NCBI GenBank assembly: GCA_024626585.2
Contig: JANKJI020000002.1
Location: 76,069,099-76,091,720, forward strand
Length of the DNA: 22,622 nucleotides
Reading direction: 5' to 3'
Source of the DNA: Ginkgo biloba
Lineage: Eukaryota > Plantae > Ginkgophyta
A program made the position numbers and the translations under genes. How positions within the stretch are numbered: the stretch's first letter is position 1; every line of letters starts with the position of its first letter. Under the pieces are notes generated by a model, which worked only from the letters and a program-made list of their open reading frames with translations, searched no databases and was not told where the DNA came from. Of this stretch, positions 21,363 through 22,622 are shown piece by piece.

Positions 21363-22622
21363 TGTAATGATCAAATTTTATGTAGTGTCCTAAATGGGGC
21401 AACTACTAAATAATATAGAGAAATAACAATCACACATAAAGAAAGTATATGGTTCCAAACAATAAACCAAGATATCAATAATAATTGAAATCACTAATAA
21501 TGCTCTCCCAATAAAATATCATAGTTACTGAGTATATCAAGATGATGAGAAGAAGATAGATGATAAATGTGGAGAACCTACTATCTATACGACTGCTTGG
21601 TGGGGTTCACCTACTTTCCCTAGAGGGTCTTAAGATTTTTAAGTGGAGTAAGAATTTCTCTCAGATGATCTAATGATTAGAAATAAGAATGTAAAGTCTA
21701 CTTACACCTGCAAGTTGGGAACTTAACTTCTAGTTACATCTAGGTCATCTAAAGGTGTTATTTTGTTCTTAAAGTGTACCTTAGCTTAATTAATAAGTGA
21801 AACCTTTCCCTAATCCTATCTATAATATATTTTAGGTTAAAATTGGATCCTTTACACCCTTTTAATAGGGATGCCTCTTACTTAACCTTAGTTGTGACTT
21901 AGGGTCACAACATTTCTCTCCCTCTGAGAATGTTTTTCCCTCAAAGCATTGGTAGGTTTGAATGTTTTCTGATGAAGTCTTCACTTTTTTATAGTGCGTA
22001 TTTGATAGAATTTTTTTTCAATTTTATCATATATTCTCTTATTTATTGATTTCTTAATTCTCTTATTCAAATATCTACTATTACTTCTTGTTCTAGTAGA
22101 AATTTCCCTTATTCATTTATTATTAGGAGCCTTTTTTAGGATAATATATTGGTTTAAATATATTTTAAGGTAGGATAAATGGAATACATAATGGATATTT
22201 CCCTTGTTTGGTATATTTATCACATATTCAACATATCCTATCTTCACCTTGACTTGATTGGATTGCAGAATTTAAATTTTAGTTTATCCTTTCCCTTTTA
22301 TTTTAATGATAACTATTCATATGGTTGTAGATGAAAGAAGACCATGTCACCCACTTTAAAAANNNNNNNNNNNNNNNNNNNNNNNNNNNNNNNNNNNNTT
22401 TCTTGTAGTGTCTAGGTTTTCCTTGAGCATCTTAATAATCTCCATATATTCCTTCATTAGGTCTATTATTATTAGGATCCTTGACTCACCTATGATATGA
22501 TGTTTTATTTCTCAAAGTTCATATTTGAATAAGGCCTTAAATTTTTTTTTTTTTATTGATGAGTGATATGTGTTATTATAACACCATTCTTCCAAATGCA
22601 CCCATTTATACCATTTTCCTCT
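21363..22622 (-). mobile_element. Chromovirus-type Gypsy 3' end: integrase C-terminus, chromodomain, PPT (21913-21926) and 3' LTR (about 21363/21381-21912)
   Basis: The minus strand reads FKVGDMVFFHLQPY..KGKDKL..IHYVFHLSYLK, then GKFLLEQEVIVDI*IRELRNQ*IREYMIKLK..EDFIRKH (chromodomain), then gagggagagaaa-TGTTGTGACCC. The element continues beyond the window. Confidence 0.88.

Larger units (their letters stand above)
1412..22398. other. 17 assembly gaps (N runs), many exactly 100 N and so of unknown true size
   Basis: Examples are 1412-1511, 2995-3094, 5519-5618, 6682-6781, 7873-7972, 13644-13743, 16819-16918, 18568-18667 and 20177-20428. Confidence 0.99.
603..22622 (+). other. Probable very long (>22 kb) TE-filled intron of the PQBP1-like gene
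   Basis: GT donor at 603. The expected downstream coding sequence ([33 protein letters not shown]-like) was not found by eye in the called bases. These exons are short and could lie inside an N-gap. Confidence 0.6.

Noticed and set aside
1-22622. A novel multi-gene system (defence, RT-based or operon-like)
   Set aside because: The only intact coding sequence is two PQBP1 exons. The RT is an ordinary dead Gypsy RT, and no tRNA, rRNA or recognisable ncRNA gene was seen.

Overview
This is AT-rich plant nuclear DNA from a fragmented scaffold with 17 N-gaps. The repeat types and heavy C>T/G>A decay suggest a large-genome seed plant, possibly a gymnosperm (inference). The window opens with two internal coding exons (194-361 and 477-602, + strand) of the plant PQBP1/WW-domain splicing-factor gene, carrying the motif DELDPMDPSSYSDAPRGGW. 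The expected C-terminal exons are not visible, so 603-22622 is probably one very long intron. That region is filled with decayed Ty3/Gypsy LTR retrotransposons: a CRM-like copy with both LTRs, an Athila-like PBS and integrase, a chromodomain-bearing 3' end, and isolated 5' LTR+PBS pieces. It also holds three copies of a dispersed repeat, two of them inverted. The most unexpected element is an intron-retaining, CpG-rich cytokinin oxidase/dehydrogenase (CKX) pseudogene at about 3095-4234, on the same strand as the host gene and interrupted by about 430 bp of foreign, gene-like sequence. I see no convincing new multi-gene biological system. Most ORFs in the supplied track are spurious or span gaps.
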